Positions 17,277 to 27,800 of a DNA stretch of 64,000 nucleotides are shown here, one piece after another. This stretch comes from Nitrososphaeria archaeon. GTDB lineage: Archaea; Thermoproteota; Nitrososphaeria; Nitrososphaerales; JAAOZN01. Position 1 is the stretch's first letter. Every line of letters starts with the position of its first letter. Made by a program: the position numbers and the translations under genes. The stretch is from the NCBI GenBank assembly GCA_029775855.1, contig JARVJZ010000006.1, positions 76,353-140,352 on the forward strand, in the 5' to 3' direction. The notes below the pieces were generated by a model. The model did no database searches. It was not told the origin of the DNA and saw only the letters and a program-made list of their open reading frames with translations.

Positions 17277-18587
17277 TTGATGACTCGTCTAGATGACTAC
17301 ATCAGCATAGTTGGGGAGGAAAACATAAACGAGATAAAAGAAATGGGGGAGAGACTAGCAAGCTCTAAAGTTGTTCATGTAAATTCAACACGCATAGGAG
17401 GCGGTGTTGCCGAGATTCTTGAGAAGCTTATACCCCTCCTTAAGGATAGTGGTTTAGATGCTGAGTGGCTAGTCATTAAAGGCGATGAAAAATTTTTTAG
17501 AGTAACAAAGGATTTTCACAACGCTCTCCACGGTGCCTCAGTTCAGATTAAGCAAGATAGCTTCGAACATTACTTAGAGGTCAACAAGCAGAATGCAGAA
17601 GAGATGAGTGCTCTCAACGATGCAGACTTTGTGGTCATACATGACCCTCAACCAGCAGCGTTAATCAAATACTTTCCAAAACGTAAAGGCCGATGGATTT
17701 GGCGCTGTCATATCGACGTTTCAACACCTAACCTTTTAATATGGGATTTCCTAAAAGAATTCATAAAACAGTATGATGCTGCTGTCTTCCACGTAGATAA
17801 ATTTGCGAAAAAAGATCTAATGATAAGGCAGTTTATTGTGCCACCTTCCATTGACCCCCTAAACCCAAAGAACCGAGAAATGAAGATGGAGGAAGTTGAG
17901 AAAATCTTTAAGAAGCATGGACTTGATACAAAGAAACCTACTATAACACAGATAGGAAGATTTGATAAGCTTAAAGATCCTGAGGGTGTCGTCAAAGTCT
18001 ATCAACACCTTAAATATCCTGAAGGCGTTATCGAGTTTGGAAGATTTCTAAGAGGCGGAAATCTCTTTGACATAACATATCTAGCGAGTGAGCGGGTAGA
18101 GTGTCAACTTCTACTCGCAGGGGGTCTTGCTTCAGATGATCCTGAAGGTGAAGAAGTCTACAGATCTGTATTACAACAAGCTGGGAATGATAAAGACGTG
18201 CATATACTACTTCTTCCACCTCAAGCTGATGTTGATATCAACGCTATGCAGAGGGGTTCAAGTGTAGTGCTTCAAAAGTCGCTTAAAGAAGGATTTGCCC
18301 TTACAGTCAGCGAAGCCTTATGGAAAGGGAAGCCAGTAGTCGGAGGATACACAGGAGGCATACCGCTCCAGATAATAGATGGTGTAAACGGCTTTTTGGT
18401 CAACAGCATAGAAGAAGCAGCGGCTAGAGTAAGATTTCTACTTAAGAACCCTAAGAAGGCTGAAGAGATGGGTAAGGTTGGTGTAGAGCATGTCCGTCGA
18501 AATTTTATTATTACACGCCAAGTTAGAGACCACTTGCTGATGTATCTGACGCTTAAATATATTCCTAGGAAGCTTGTGCAGCTTTAA
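17277..18587 (+). CDS. treT: Trehalose glycosyltransferring synthase-like GT4 glycosyltransferase
   Basis: 436 aa. LDDYISIVGEE..VVHVNSTRIGGGVAEIL, VIHDPQPAAL, WIWRCHIDVSTPN, PPSIDPL, DDPEG, EGFALTVSEALWKGKPVVGG and FLV..IEEAA follow the Thermococcales TreT sequence as I remember it. It carries a ~25-aa insert. Confidence 0.7.
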   Translation: MMTRLDDYISIVGEENINEIKEMGERLASSKVVHVNSTRIGGGVAEILEKLIPLLKDSGLDAEWLVIKGDEKFFRVTKDFHNALHGASVQIKQDSFEHYLEVNKQNAEEMSALNDADFVVIHDPQPAALIKYFPKRKGRWIWRCHIDVSTPNLLIWDFLKEFIKQYDAAVFHVDKFAKKDLMIRQFIVPPSIDPLNPKNREMKMEEVEKIFKKHGLDTKKPTITQIGRFDKLKDPEGVVKVYQHLKYPEGVIEFGRFLRGGNLFDITYLASERVECQLLLAGGLASDDPEGEEVYRSVLQQAGNDKDVHILLLPPQADVDINAMQRGSSVVLQKSLKEGFALTVSEALWKGKPVVGGYTGGIPLQIIDGVNGFLVNSIEEAAARVRFLLKNPKKAEEMGKVGVEHVRRNFIITRQVRDHLLMYLTLKYIPRKLVQL

Positions 18588-18604
18588 ACTATATGTTAAG
18601 TGTC

Positions 18605-20422
18605 CTATTGGAAGCAGGCTGATGCTCTGTATTCAGCCATCTTCCGCGCTTCATCGTAACAGCGCTTTGCCATCTCAGTAGCGTTACTCCAACGGAAGTG
18701 GTCACTCACCCTACTTATGCAGTTGTGCCGTATGCGTGAACATAGCCTTGGATTGTTTAAGAGCATATCACGAATCTGCTGATTAGGAACCAACTCTATA
18801 TAACGCTTTGATTCTGATAATAGACCTTGAGCAGTAAGTTCATCAACCTTCGTTATCACTAGAATGGAGATAATACCTTCAGCTAACGCTTCAGGAGATT
18901 CTGGAGGCACAAGCAAGCCAGTAGATTTCTCACGATGCTCATTTATGTCTAAAACAGTTTCTCTTAACCCACCTACATTCGAACCTACAACAGGTGTTCC
19001 ACAAGCCATAGCTTCTAGCGCAGCTATGCCGAAGGGCTCCCAACGTGAGGGCAACGTGTATGCGTCTGCAGATAAGTAACTTAAATGGAATAAGTTTGTT
19101 TCTCCGAAAAGCAGCCTTACATTTTTAGGGTATTTGGATGCTTCGTAGACAACTTTGTGTATGAGTTCCTGGTGGTTAATAGGCATCAGTAGGAGCAGAA
19201 ACCTGGCTTCAGCTAAGCGGCGTATGATAGTCGGCACAGCTTCAAGTAGTATGTCCACACCTTTCTGCCAATCTAATCTACTTGTCATCAATACGAGAGG
19301 GCCGTCGTCGTCAAACGATTTAACTGAGCCTTCTTCTTGTATAGCCCCCACACCCTTTAGACCAAAGATTACTTTTCTTAAGCCCTCGTCTCTGATGTAT
19401 GGCTTATTTTCACCTAATGCTTTTGTTAAAAGAAATCTTCTTAAGTCCCACCTTTTCACCTCATTTAAACCATAAAGTGATTTAATTCGCCCTCCAAAGG
19501 TTTTGAGCACCTCTTCTCTAAGAACATCATACTCCCAGTCGCAGCCATTATAGATTACACAACTCTTCCCTTCAACATCCGCTCCAAGAAAAGATAGTAT
19601 GTCTTTAAGATACGAGTAGCTTACGGTGGTAAGAAGATCTGCTTCATACGCTCCGAACCGCTCAATGTATCCCTTAGCTAGAACATCCCACACTTCTCTG
19701 TATCCGCCTTTAAAGCTAGACCTACCTTGAAGCCAGATGAAGTGGGCTTCGTCTCTGATCTGACTCCATTCTTCAGAGATAAAATGCCAACTAGCACGCT
19801 GTAAACTTAGCAGATGAATCGTAAAGACAGTTGGACAAAAGTATCTTCTATCTTCTAACTCTTGCTTGACAGCTATACCAGCGGGAACGCTATGCCAGTC
19901 GTGTATATGTAATATGTGCGGTAGCTTATCCAGAGCGCTGTTTACGCAGAGTTGAACTACGTAAGCTCTTAATCCTCTAGCAAACAGAGCCATCTTTTCA
20001 TATGTGATATCATGATCATAAATTATTTGATTATCTAGCCAGCGGCTTGTGGCTGGGTCAGCACCCTCGAATAGATAGTAATCTACGTTATCCAGACTAC
20101 CGTGCTCCAAAGCTATTCTATATGGGTAGATGTTTCTGTCCTCGCCTACTCTGTAGCCTACAGCTAAATAATTAGGCACCTCACTAAGATTATACTTCGC
20201 CCGGATAGATGGTATTAGGTGGCTGCCGTGGCTTGGCATGAACACACTTACCTGATGTTTTCGCGCCAATATTCGTGCTAGGTTGTAGACCGCTACACCT
20301 AGCCCTCCTACAGAAGCTAAGCCTTGACATTCGAAGCTCAGCATCCAGATGTTCTTATCTACTTCGAGATCGTCTGGCACCCACGCGCTAGCTGTTCTTC
20401 GCATAACCTTTTCTGCGTGCAC
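18605..20422 (-). CDS. Glycogen/starch synthase-like glycosyltransferase (GT5, GlgA-type)
   Basis: 605 aa. N-terminal E.QGLASVGGLGVAVYNLAR (KxGGL-like), HIHDWH, and C-terminal PSRWEPFGIAALEAMACGTPVVGSNVGGLRE. Confidence 0.7.
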   Translation of the reverse strand: MHAEKVMRRTASAWVPDDLEVDKNIWMLSFECQGLASVGGLGVAVYNLARILARKHQVSVFMPSHGSHLIPSIRAKYNLSEVPNYLAVGYRVGEDRNIYPYRIALEHGSLDNVDYYLFEGADPATSRWLDNQIIYDHDITYEKMALFARGLRAYVVQLCVNSALDKLPHILHIHDWHSVPAGIAVKQELEDRRYFCPTVFTIHLLSLQRASWHFISEEWSQIRDEAHFIWLQGRSSFKGGYREVWDVLAKGYIERFGAYEADLLTTVSYSYLKDILSFLGADVEGKSCVIYNGCDWEYDVLREEVLKTFGGRIKSLYGLNEVKRWDLRRFLLTKALGENKPYIRDEGLRKVIFGLKGVGAIQEEGSVKSFDDDGPLVLMTSRLDWQKGVDILLEAVPTIIRRLAEARFLLLLMPINHQELIHKVVYEASKYPKNVRLLFGETNLFHLSYLSADAYTLPSRWEPFGIAALEAMACGTPVVGSNVGGLRETVLDINEHREKSTGLLVPPESPEALAEGIISILVITKVDELTAQGLLSESKRYIELVPNQQIRDMLLNNPRLCSRIRHNCISRVSDHFRWSNATEMAKRCYDEARKMAEYRASACFQ

Positions 20423-20495
20423 ACTAGTTTAGGGACTTTTTATTGTTTACCGAGCTTCCTTCAGATGCGTATCAAGGATTACCTCCTATATGTAG

Positions 20496-20994
20496 TTATA
20501 CAATATGAGGTGGCTTACGATGAACACTTTTATGGATTTGAGGATTGAGTTGATGGGGGCTATTCCCAAATCTCATGGTCCTCTTCTTCACTGTATCAAA
20601 GAACCTCTCTACACTATTCCTCACACCGAACCTTTCATACCTCCACTTCTCTAACTCATTCAAAGCCCAGCTGTACCAAAGCCCTCTATCCACTGTTATC
20701 AGAGGCTTACTTTCACAGCACTCTCGCATATCGTTTAGGAACATGTATGCATCCAGCGCACTTCTCGTATAAGATATTCTTACAGCCAAACATCTTCCAT
20801 ATCCACATCTCCGGCTATCCATAAGAAGAATACATGACCTCAATCTTCAACAGCTACTTTGGCCCTATGCTTCTTCTCAGGCTTGGTATAGCTTTAGCTA
20901 CCCTCCTGCACCATAACCTGACAGCCTCATTAGAAACTAGGAAAGGTGGCTGCAGACTTCCTATAAGATAAACGTGAGAAGGATAGGTAAGATG
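20496..20994 (-). pseudogene. Decayed DDE transposase gene (IS remnant); family not assignable by eye
   Basis: ORF 20496..20843 carries a transposase C-terminal pattern (PLITVDRGLWYSWALNELEKWRYERFGVRNSVERFFDTVKKRTMRF). Upstream, in another frame, 20994..20857 reads ..FLVSNEAVRLWCRRVAKAIPSLRRSIGPK*, an HTH-like transposase N-terminus. The two parts are separated by a stop, a frameshift and loss of the middle part. Confidence 0.5.
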
Positions 20995-21229
20995 CTAGAA
21001 CCTTGATGAATAGAGGAAACCTACCCACCTGAACACCTTAGAAGATCTGACCATCTTTATAAGCTCAAACCACACCCTCATAATAATGAGTAGGAAAGGC
21101 TGACTCATAATTCTTGATAAGCATCCTTCCTTCATAGCAAGGTTTAAATAAGGTACTTGGGGAGAGGTATGTGGTCGTTTTGAGAGGGAAGTTTTAGTGA
21201 CCGCATAGGCTCGAGTGTGATTGTAAAAT

Positions 21230-21496
21230 ATGCAAGAAGAAGATGTAGAAAAAGAAAAAATTGTTGGGTTTAGAGTATCCGACCACATCTACGTTCCCAA
21301 ACACGAAATACTATCCGAAGAAGAAGCAAAAGAACTACTACAAAAAGTACATGCAAAACCAGAGCAACTCCCCTACATACACATTTCAGACCCCGTAGTT
21401 AGAGAAATAGGCGCCAAACCTGGTCAGATACTTAAGATAACACGCAAAAGTGAGACTGCTGGCGAATCAGTCTACTATAGATACGTGGTGGAGTGA
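21230..21496 (+). CDS. rpoH: DNA-directed RNA polymerase subunit H (Rpo5)
   Basis: 88 aa. HIYVPKHEILSEEEAKELL...PEQLPYIHISDPVVREIGAKPGQILKITRKS....YYRYVV is the RpoH/Rpb5 C-terminal domain. Abuts rpoB. Confidence 0.9.
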   Translation: MQEEDVEKEKIVGFRVSDHIYVPKHEILSEEEAKELLQKVHAKPEQLPYIHISDPVVREIGAKPGQILKITRKSETAGESVYYRYVVE

Positions 21497-24400
21497 ATGA
21501 GTCAAGAATTATTGGACAGCTGGGTTGTTCTTCAAGACATACTTGAGAGAGAGGGTGTTGCTAGACAGCATCTTAACTCCTATAACGAATTTATCGAAAA
21601 GCAGCTACAGAGCATAGTAGATGAAGTTGGAGCAATAGATGTTGAGACACCAACTGCAGCCTATAAAGTAAGATTAGGCAGAGTTAGACTTGGTCAGCCT
21701 AGAGTAGTGGAAAGGGATGGCTCAATTAGCAACATACAGCCTCTTGAAGCACGCCTAAGAAACCTAACCTACGCTTCACCAATCTACCTAGAGATGATGA
21801 TTGAAGAAAACGGAATCATAAAAGATTCACAATTCCACCACATAGGTGACCTACCAGTGATGGTCAAATCAAACCTATGTGTACTGAGCAGAATTCCTGA
21901 GGAGCAACTTATAGAGCTTGGTGAAGACCCCAAAGACCCTGGAGGATACTTTATAATAAACGGCAGCGAAAGAGTGATTATAGGGCTAGAAGATCTTTCA
22001 CCTAACAGGATTCTTGTAGATGTAGAGAAGCAGAGCGGCTCTACGCTCTACGTTGCTCGAGTCTATTCATCTATAATAGGGTATAGATCCAAGCTTGAGG
22101 TAATTCTGAAGCAAGATGGGTCAATTGTAGTTAAGCTGCCGACTTCGCCGGTAGAGCTACCGCTAGTAATTGTTATGCGTGCTTTAGGAATTGAAGTAGA
22201 TAAGGATATAGCTGAGATTATATCTTTAAAGCCGGAAATACAAGACTTCTTAGAGGTTTCATTTGAAAAAGCATCAGATGCTCTAACTCAGCATGAGGCT
22301 TTAATCTACATAGGGAACCGTGTAGCCCACGGTATGATTGACGAGTTAAGGATGAAAAGAGCTGAGACACTCCTAGACTGGGGCCTCCTCCCACACATCG
22401 GCAAGACAGCAAACGAGCGCTACAGCAAAGCAGTATTTCTTGGCGAAGTGGTATGTAAGCTGCTTGAGTTGAGGTTGGGGTGGATTCAACCAGATGACAA
22501 AGATCACTATGGAAACAAGGTTATAAAGTTCGCTGGGCAGCTGCTCGCAGACCTCTTTAGAACCGCCTTCCGCAATCTTATACGTGACGTAAAGTATCAA
22601 CTTGGGAGAATGGGGCAGAGAAGGGGAACTAACGTGATCGGCGCAGCGATAAGACCCGGTATAATAACTGATAAGTTAAGGAACGCCATAGCGACTGGGA
22701 ACTGGGGCAAAGGTAAGGTTGGGATAACACAACTTCTAGACCGAACCAACTACCTTTCAACAATAAGCCACCTTAGGAGGATACAGTCTCCTTTAAGTAG
22801 AGGGCAACCTAACTTCGAGGCAAGAGACCTCCACTCCACACACTTTGGTAGAATCTGCCCTAACGAGACACCTGAAGGATCTAACTGTGGATTAGTCAAG
22901 AACTTGGCGCTTTCAGCCTTAATATCTATTGATGTTCCTCAAGAGGATATTATAAACAAGCTATTCGAGCTAGGTGTTCAAAATATAAAGGATGCATCTG
23001 CAGACCTTAAGAGGGATGGATGCAAGGTTTTCGTTGAGGGAAAGTTTATAGGTTTTGTTGAAGATGGAAACACTCTTGTTAAAAACTTTAGGGAACTTAG
23101 GCGTGAGGGGCAGATACACCCACACGTTAGCATATACTACTATGTTCCTAAACATCCTAAAGCATCTAGACGCATATATGTCAACACCAGTTCTGGTAGA
23201 GTTTTGAGACCGCTTATCGTTGTGAAGAACGGAAAACCTTTACTCACAAGCGAGCATATAAGTAAGATATTAACAAAAGAGCTCAGTTGGCGCGATCTTC
23301 TACACAGCGGTGTTATAGAGCTTATCGATGCAAATGAAGAAGAAAACACCTACATAGCCATCAAACCCGATGAACTCACAGACAAGCATACCCATCTTGA
23401 ACTCCATCCAGCAGCCATCCTAGGTGTCACAGCTTCGATTATACCTTATCCTGAGCACAATCAATCACCACGCAACACATATGAGGCAGCGATGGCGAAA
23501 CAGTCTCTAGGCTTCCTCTCACCGATTCTTCCGTTTAATACATATGTTAGACAACACTTTATGGTTTACCCCCAACGCCAGTTAGTCAAGACCAAAGCCG
23601 CAGATCTACTCAACCTTAACGAAAGACCTACTGGTCAGAATTTCGTTGTAGCAGTCCTCTCTTACGAAGGATACAATATAGAGGATGCGGTAATCATGAA
23701 CAAATCTTCGATTGACAGAGGGTTAGCTAGATCGTTCTTCTATAGACTATACGAAGCAGAGGCAAAACAATACCTTGGGGGCATGAAAGACAACTTTGAA
23801 ATACCTACACCAGACGCTAATGTTAGAGGATATCGTGGAGAAAAGTATTACCGCCTACTTGAATCTGATGGCGTCGTAGCACATGAATCTATAGTGTCTG
23901 GAGGAGATGTAATAATCGGCAAAACAAGCCCACCTAGGTTCATGGAAGAATATAAAGAATTTGAAATTAAAGGGCCGTATAGGCGTGACACATCTATAAG
24001 CATCAGACCTTCTGAGTCTGGTGTTGCTGACGCTGTCTTCGTGACTGAAAATGTTGACGGCGAGAAGATGTACAAAGTTAGAGTTAGAGATCTAAGGATA
24101 CCTGAGATAGGCGATAAGTTTGCTTCAAGGCATGGTCAGAAGGGTGTAGTTGGGATGGTCTTCAGACAAGTTGATATGCCTTATACTGAGGAGGGCATAG
24201 TTCCTGACATAATAATCAACCCACACGCTTTCCCTTCGAGAATGACTGTTGGACAGTTCATAGAATCTATAGCTGGTAAGGCTGCTGCACTCCGTGGAAG
24301 AGAAGTCGACGGCACCGCATTTGTAGGAGAGAAGGTTAAAGACTTGGAGCAGATCCTAATTTCATATGGCTTCAAGCCTTCTGGGAAGGAGGTTATGTAT

Positions 24401-24847
24401 GACGGAAGAACTGGTAAGAAGTTTGTAGCTGATATATTCATAGGTGTAGTCTACTACCAAAAGCTACATCACATGGTTGCTGATAAAATACATGCAAGAG
24501 CAAGAGGGCAAGTTCAGATGTTGACCAAGCAGCCTACTGAAGGTAGGGCAAGGGGAGGAGGACTTAGATTTGGAGAGATGGAGAGAGATTGCCTAATAGC
24601 TTACGGCACTTCAATGGTTCTAAAAGATAGACTTCTAGACGAAGCTGATAAGACAGAAATCTATGTATGCGAGGAGTGCGGGCTGATAGCATATTACGAT
24701 GCAAGGACTAGAAAGTATGTATGTAGGCTCTGTGGCGAAAAGGCAAACATTTCGAAGGTAGTTATGGCTTACGCCTTCAAACTTTTACTCCAAGAAATGA
24801 TGAGCCTAAACATAGCTCCTAGACTTAAATTAAAAGAGAAGGTGTGA
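21497..24847 (+). CDS. rpoB: DNA-directed RNA polymerase subunit B (Rpo2), unsplit
   Basis: 1116 aa continuous ORF. GGYFIINGSERV, SRHGQKGV, GLRFGEMERD and a C-terminal Zn ribbon (CEECG...CRLCG). Confidence 0.98.
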   Translation: MSQELLDSWVVLQDILEREGVARQHLNSYNEFIEKQLQSIVDEVGAIDVETPTAAYKVRLGRVRLGQPRVVERDGSISNIQPLEARLRNLTYASPIYLEMMIEENGIIKDSQFHHIGDLPVMVKSNLCVLSRIPEEQLIELGEDPKDPGGYFIINGSERVIIGLEDLSPNRILVDVEKQSGSTLYVARVYSSIIGYRSKLEVILKQDGSIVVKLPTSPVELPLVIVMRALGIEVDKDIAEIISLKPEIQDFLEVSFEKASDALTQHEALIYIGNRVAHGMIDELRMKRAETLLDWGLLPHIGKTANERYSKAVFLGEVVCKLLELRLGWIQPDDKDHYGNKVIKFAGQLLADLFRTAFRNLIRDVKYQLGRMGQRRGTNVIGAAIRPGIITDKLRNAIATGNWGKGKVGITQLLDRTNYLSTISHLRRIQSPLSRGQPNFEARDLHSTHFGRICPNETPEGSNCGLVKNLALSALISIDVPQEDIINKLFELGVQNIKDASADLKRDGCKVFVEGKFIGFVEDGNTLVKNFRELRREGQIHPHVSIYYYVPKHPKASRRIYVNTSSGRVLRPLIVVKNGKPLLTSEHISKILTKELSWRDLLHSGVIELIDANEEENTYIAIKPDELTDKHTHLELHPAAILGVTASIIPYPEHNQSPRNTYEAAMAKQSLGFLSPILPFNTYVRQHFMVYPQRQLVKTKAADLLNLNERPTGQNFVVAVLSYEGYNIEDAVIMNKSSIDRGLARSFFYRLYEAEAKQYLGGMKDNFEIPTPDANVRGYRGEKYYRLLESDGVVAHESIVSGGDVIIGKTSPPRFMEEYKEFEIKGPYRRDTSISIRPSESGVADAVFVTENVDGEKMYKVRVRDLRIPEIGDKFASRHGQKGVVGMVFRQVDMPYTEEGIVPDIIINPHAFPSRMTVGQFIESIAGKAAALRGREVDGTAFVGEKVKDLEQILISYGFKPSGKEVMYDGRTGKKFVADIFIGVVYYQKLHHMVADKIHARARGQVQMLTKQPTEGRARGGGLRFGEMERDCLIAYGTSMVLKDRLLDEADKTEIYVCEECGLIAYYDARTRKYVCRLCGEKANISKVVMAYAFKLLLQEMMSLNIAPRLKLKEKV

Positions 24848-24851
24848 GAAA

Positions 24852-27800
24852 ATGGTAGAAGAAGGTGTTAAAGCGGTCTCTGCTATAAAATTCTCAGTTT
24901 TTTCACCAAATGAGATTAGAAAATATTCTGTGACAGAAATCTCAGCCCCTGAAACATATGATGAAGATGGCATGCCAGTCACAGGCGGACTTATGGACAG
25001 TAGACTTGGAACTCTAGAGCCGGGGCAAAAATGTGCAACTTGTGGTAACACCGCTGCTAGATGCCCGGGGCATTTTGGGCATATTGAGTTAGCTGAACCA
25101 GTCCTACACATATCCTTCGTAGATGATATTAGAAAGATACTAGTTTCAACCTGTAGGTCGTGTGGAAGGCTTCTGCTTCCTCAAGAAGCTATTGATGAAT
25201 ATAGGGCTAAGTTGTCAGAGAATAAACCGTACGCGCCTTCTCTTGCTGAAGAGATAACTAAGGAGATTCTGGCTAAAACTAAAAAAGTCAAGGTATGCCC
25301 GCATTGCGGAAAACCTCAGTATGAAATTGAGTTTACTAAACCTACTACCTTCCATGAAATTACAGAATGGGGTGGTGCTACGCGCCTACTCTCAGTAGCC
25401 ATACGCGAAAGGCTTGAGAGAGTGCCAGATGACGATCTTAGGCTCTTAGGGTATGACCCTTCATCAACTAGACCTGAGTGGTTTGTTCTGCAGGTTCTTC
25501 CAGTGCCTCCCGTCAACGTAAGGCCTTCTATTACTTTAGAGTCAGGTATAAGATCTGAAGATGATTTAACACATAAAATCGTTGATATACTGAGGGTTAA
25601 TCAGAGGGTTAAAGAGAGCAAGGAGTCTGGCACTCCACCTTTGATAGTGCAAGACTTGGTTGATTTGCTTCAGTATCAAGTTACAACCTATTTTGACAAT
25701 GAGGTCTCGGGAATACCTCAAGCGCACCACCGTTCAGGTAGACCCCTAAAGACGCTAAGCCAAAGGTTAAAGGGTAAAGAGGGGCGATTTAGAGGAAGCC
25801 TATCTGGGAAAAGAGTTGACTTCTCAAGTCGAACAGTGATCTCTCCAGATGCTAATTTAGATATATGCGAAGTCGGTGTCCCCTATGAGGTTGCGAAGAA
25901 GCTAACTATACCTGAGCGTGTAGCTCCTTGGAACATAGAGTTTTTGAGGAAACTTGTTCTTAATGGTCCGGATAAGCATCCTGGGGCTAATTATATAATT
26001 AGGCCCGATGGTGTAAAGATTCGTCTAGACTATGCTTCAGACCGTTCTGCTATAGCTGAGAGTTTAGGTTTAGGCTATGTGGTTGAGAGACATCTGATGG
26101 ATGGGGATATTGTGCTATTTAACAGACAACCTTCGCTGCACAGAATGTCTATAATGGCGCATTATGTTAAAGTTTTACCCTACCGCACATTTAGGCTTCA
26201 CCCAGCGGTATGCCCACCCTATAATGCAGACTTCGACGGCGATGAAATGAATCTGCATGTGCCTCAAAGCGAAGAGGCTAGAGCAGAGGCACTCATGCTT
26301 ATGAGGGTTCAAGATCAAATAATATCGCCTAGATACGGTGGACCTATCATAGGTGCCATACGCGACTATCTTACTGCTGCATATCTTTTGACTCATGATT
26401 CGACTAGATTGACTAAAGAAGAGTTTACGAATCTGGCTTTGGCTGGAGGGTATGTTGGTGAGCTACCTGAGCCGGTTGAAAAGACACCTGAACCGCTTTA
26501 CAGCGGTAAGCAGCTCTTCTCACTGTTTTTACCTAAGGACTTTAACTATGTTATGGCTTCTAAATGGGCTAAAGGTAATGTTAAGGATGTTGTAGTTAAG
26601 AACGGCGAGCTGATCAGTGGTGTCATAGATAGGGCTTCTATAGGTGCTGAAGAACCTAATAGCTTACTACATCGAATAACAAAGGATTACGGCACAGAAG
26701 AAGCGAGAAGGTTCTTAAACGCTATTCTCTCAGTTTTGAGGGCATACATAACGAGAAGAGGGTTCACCTATGGATACGACGACCTCAATCTATCAAGCGA
26801 TGTTCTGCAGAAGATAGAAGAAGCAATAAAGGAGGCATATAATGAAGTGGCTAAGCTCTTTACCCTCTACGAAAAGAAGCAACTTCCTTTGGCTCGCGGC
26901 TTATCGCCTGAAGACGCTCTTGAACTCTACATAGTAAATGAACTTCAGAGGGCAAGAGATAGAGCTGGAAGAATAGCTGACAAAGCCTTCCCACCACACA
27001 ACCCAGGTGTAATTATGGCTAGAACTGGAGCAAGAGGCTCTCTGCTCAACATAGGGCAGATGTCCGCATCTTTAGGGCAGCAGTCTGTGCGTGGGCGTAG
27101 GATAGAGAAAGGCTATCAAGATAGGGCTCTTCCGCATTTTATGCCTGGTGAACGGTCTCCTGACGCGAAAGGATTTGTTAAGTCTAATTATAGGGATGGG
27201 TTATCACCTGTTGAATTTTTCTTCCACGCGATGGGTGGGCGTGAAGGGCTTGTAGATACCGCGGTTAGAACTCAGCAGAGCGGGTATATGCAGCGTAGAC
27301 TTGTTAACGCTATGGAGCATCTTAGAGTTGAATATGATCTGAGTGTAAGAGACCCCTATGGGCACATTATTCAATTTGTATACGGTGAGGATGGCATAGA
27401 CCCTGCGAAGAGCGACCACGGTATGGCGGTCAACATACCTAGACTTGTGGATACAGAAGCACTCATATCAAAACCTTCTAAGCCGGCTTCAGAAGAAGAA
27501 GTCAACAAGATCATTAAGAAATATGTTAAAGTATTTAACCCCCGTTTAATTCAAGAATTGCAAGCAGCGCTCAAAGAAAACCCACTTAACAAAGAATCTA
27601 TTGAAAACGTCTGTAAACGCATAGTTGAACTGATTAAAAAGGCTACGGTTGAACCTGGAGAAGCGGTTGGTGTAGTTGCAGCACAATCGGTAGGTGAACC
27701 CGGCACTCAGATGACTCTGAGAACCTTCCACTTTGCTGGTGTTAGAGAAAAGGATGTCACCTTGGGCTTACCTCGTCTAATAGAGTTGGTTGATGCGAGG

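Noticed and set aside
17990-18110. TreT insertion as an intein or mobile insertion
   Set aside because: At about 25 aa it is far too short for an intein. It has no splicing motifs and looks like a small local duplication or loop expansion.
21003-21052. C/D-box sRNA-like string (TGATGA at 21004-21009, CTGA at 21029-21032 and 21047-21050)
   Set aside because: The C-to-D' spacing is 19 nt rather than ~12, and there is no C' box or terminal stem. It also sits inside the transposase-remnant region, so it is most likely chance.
20995-21288. 97-aa minus-strand ORF overlapping the rpoH start
   Set aside because: It overlaps the well-supported rpoH N-terminus and the probable operon promoter and has no family resemblance. 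At best it is part of the decayed IS region.
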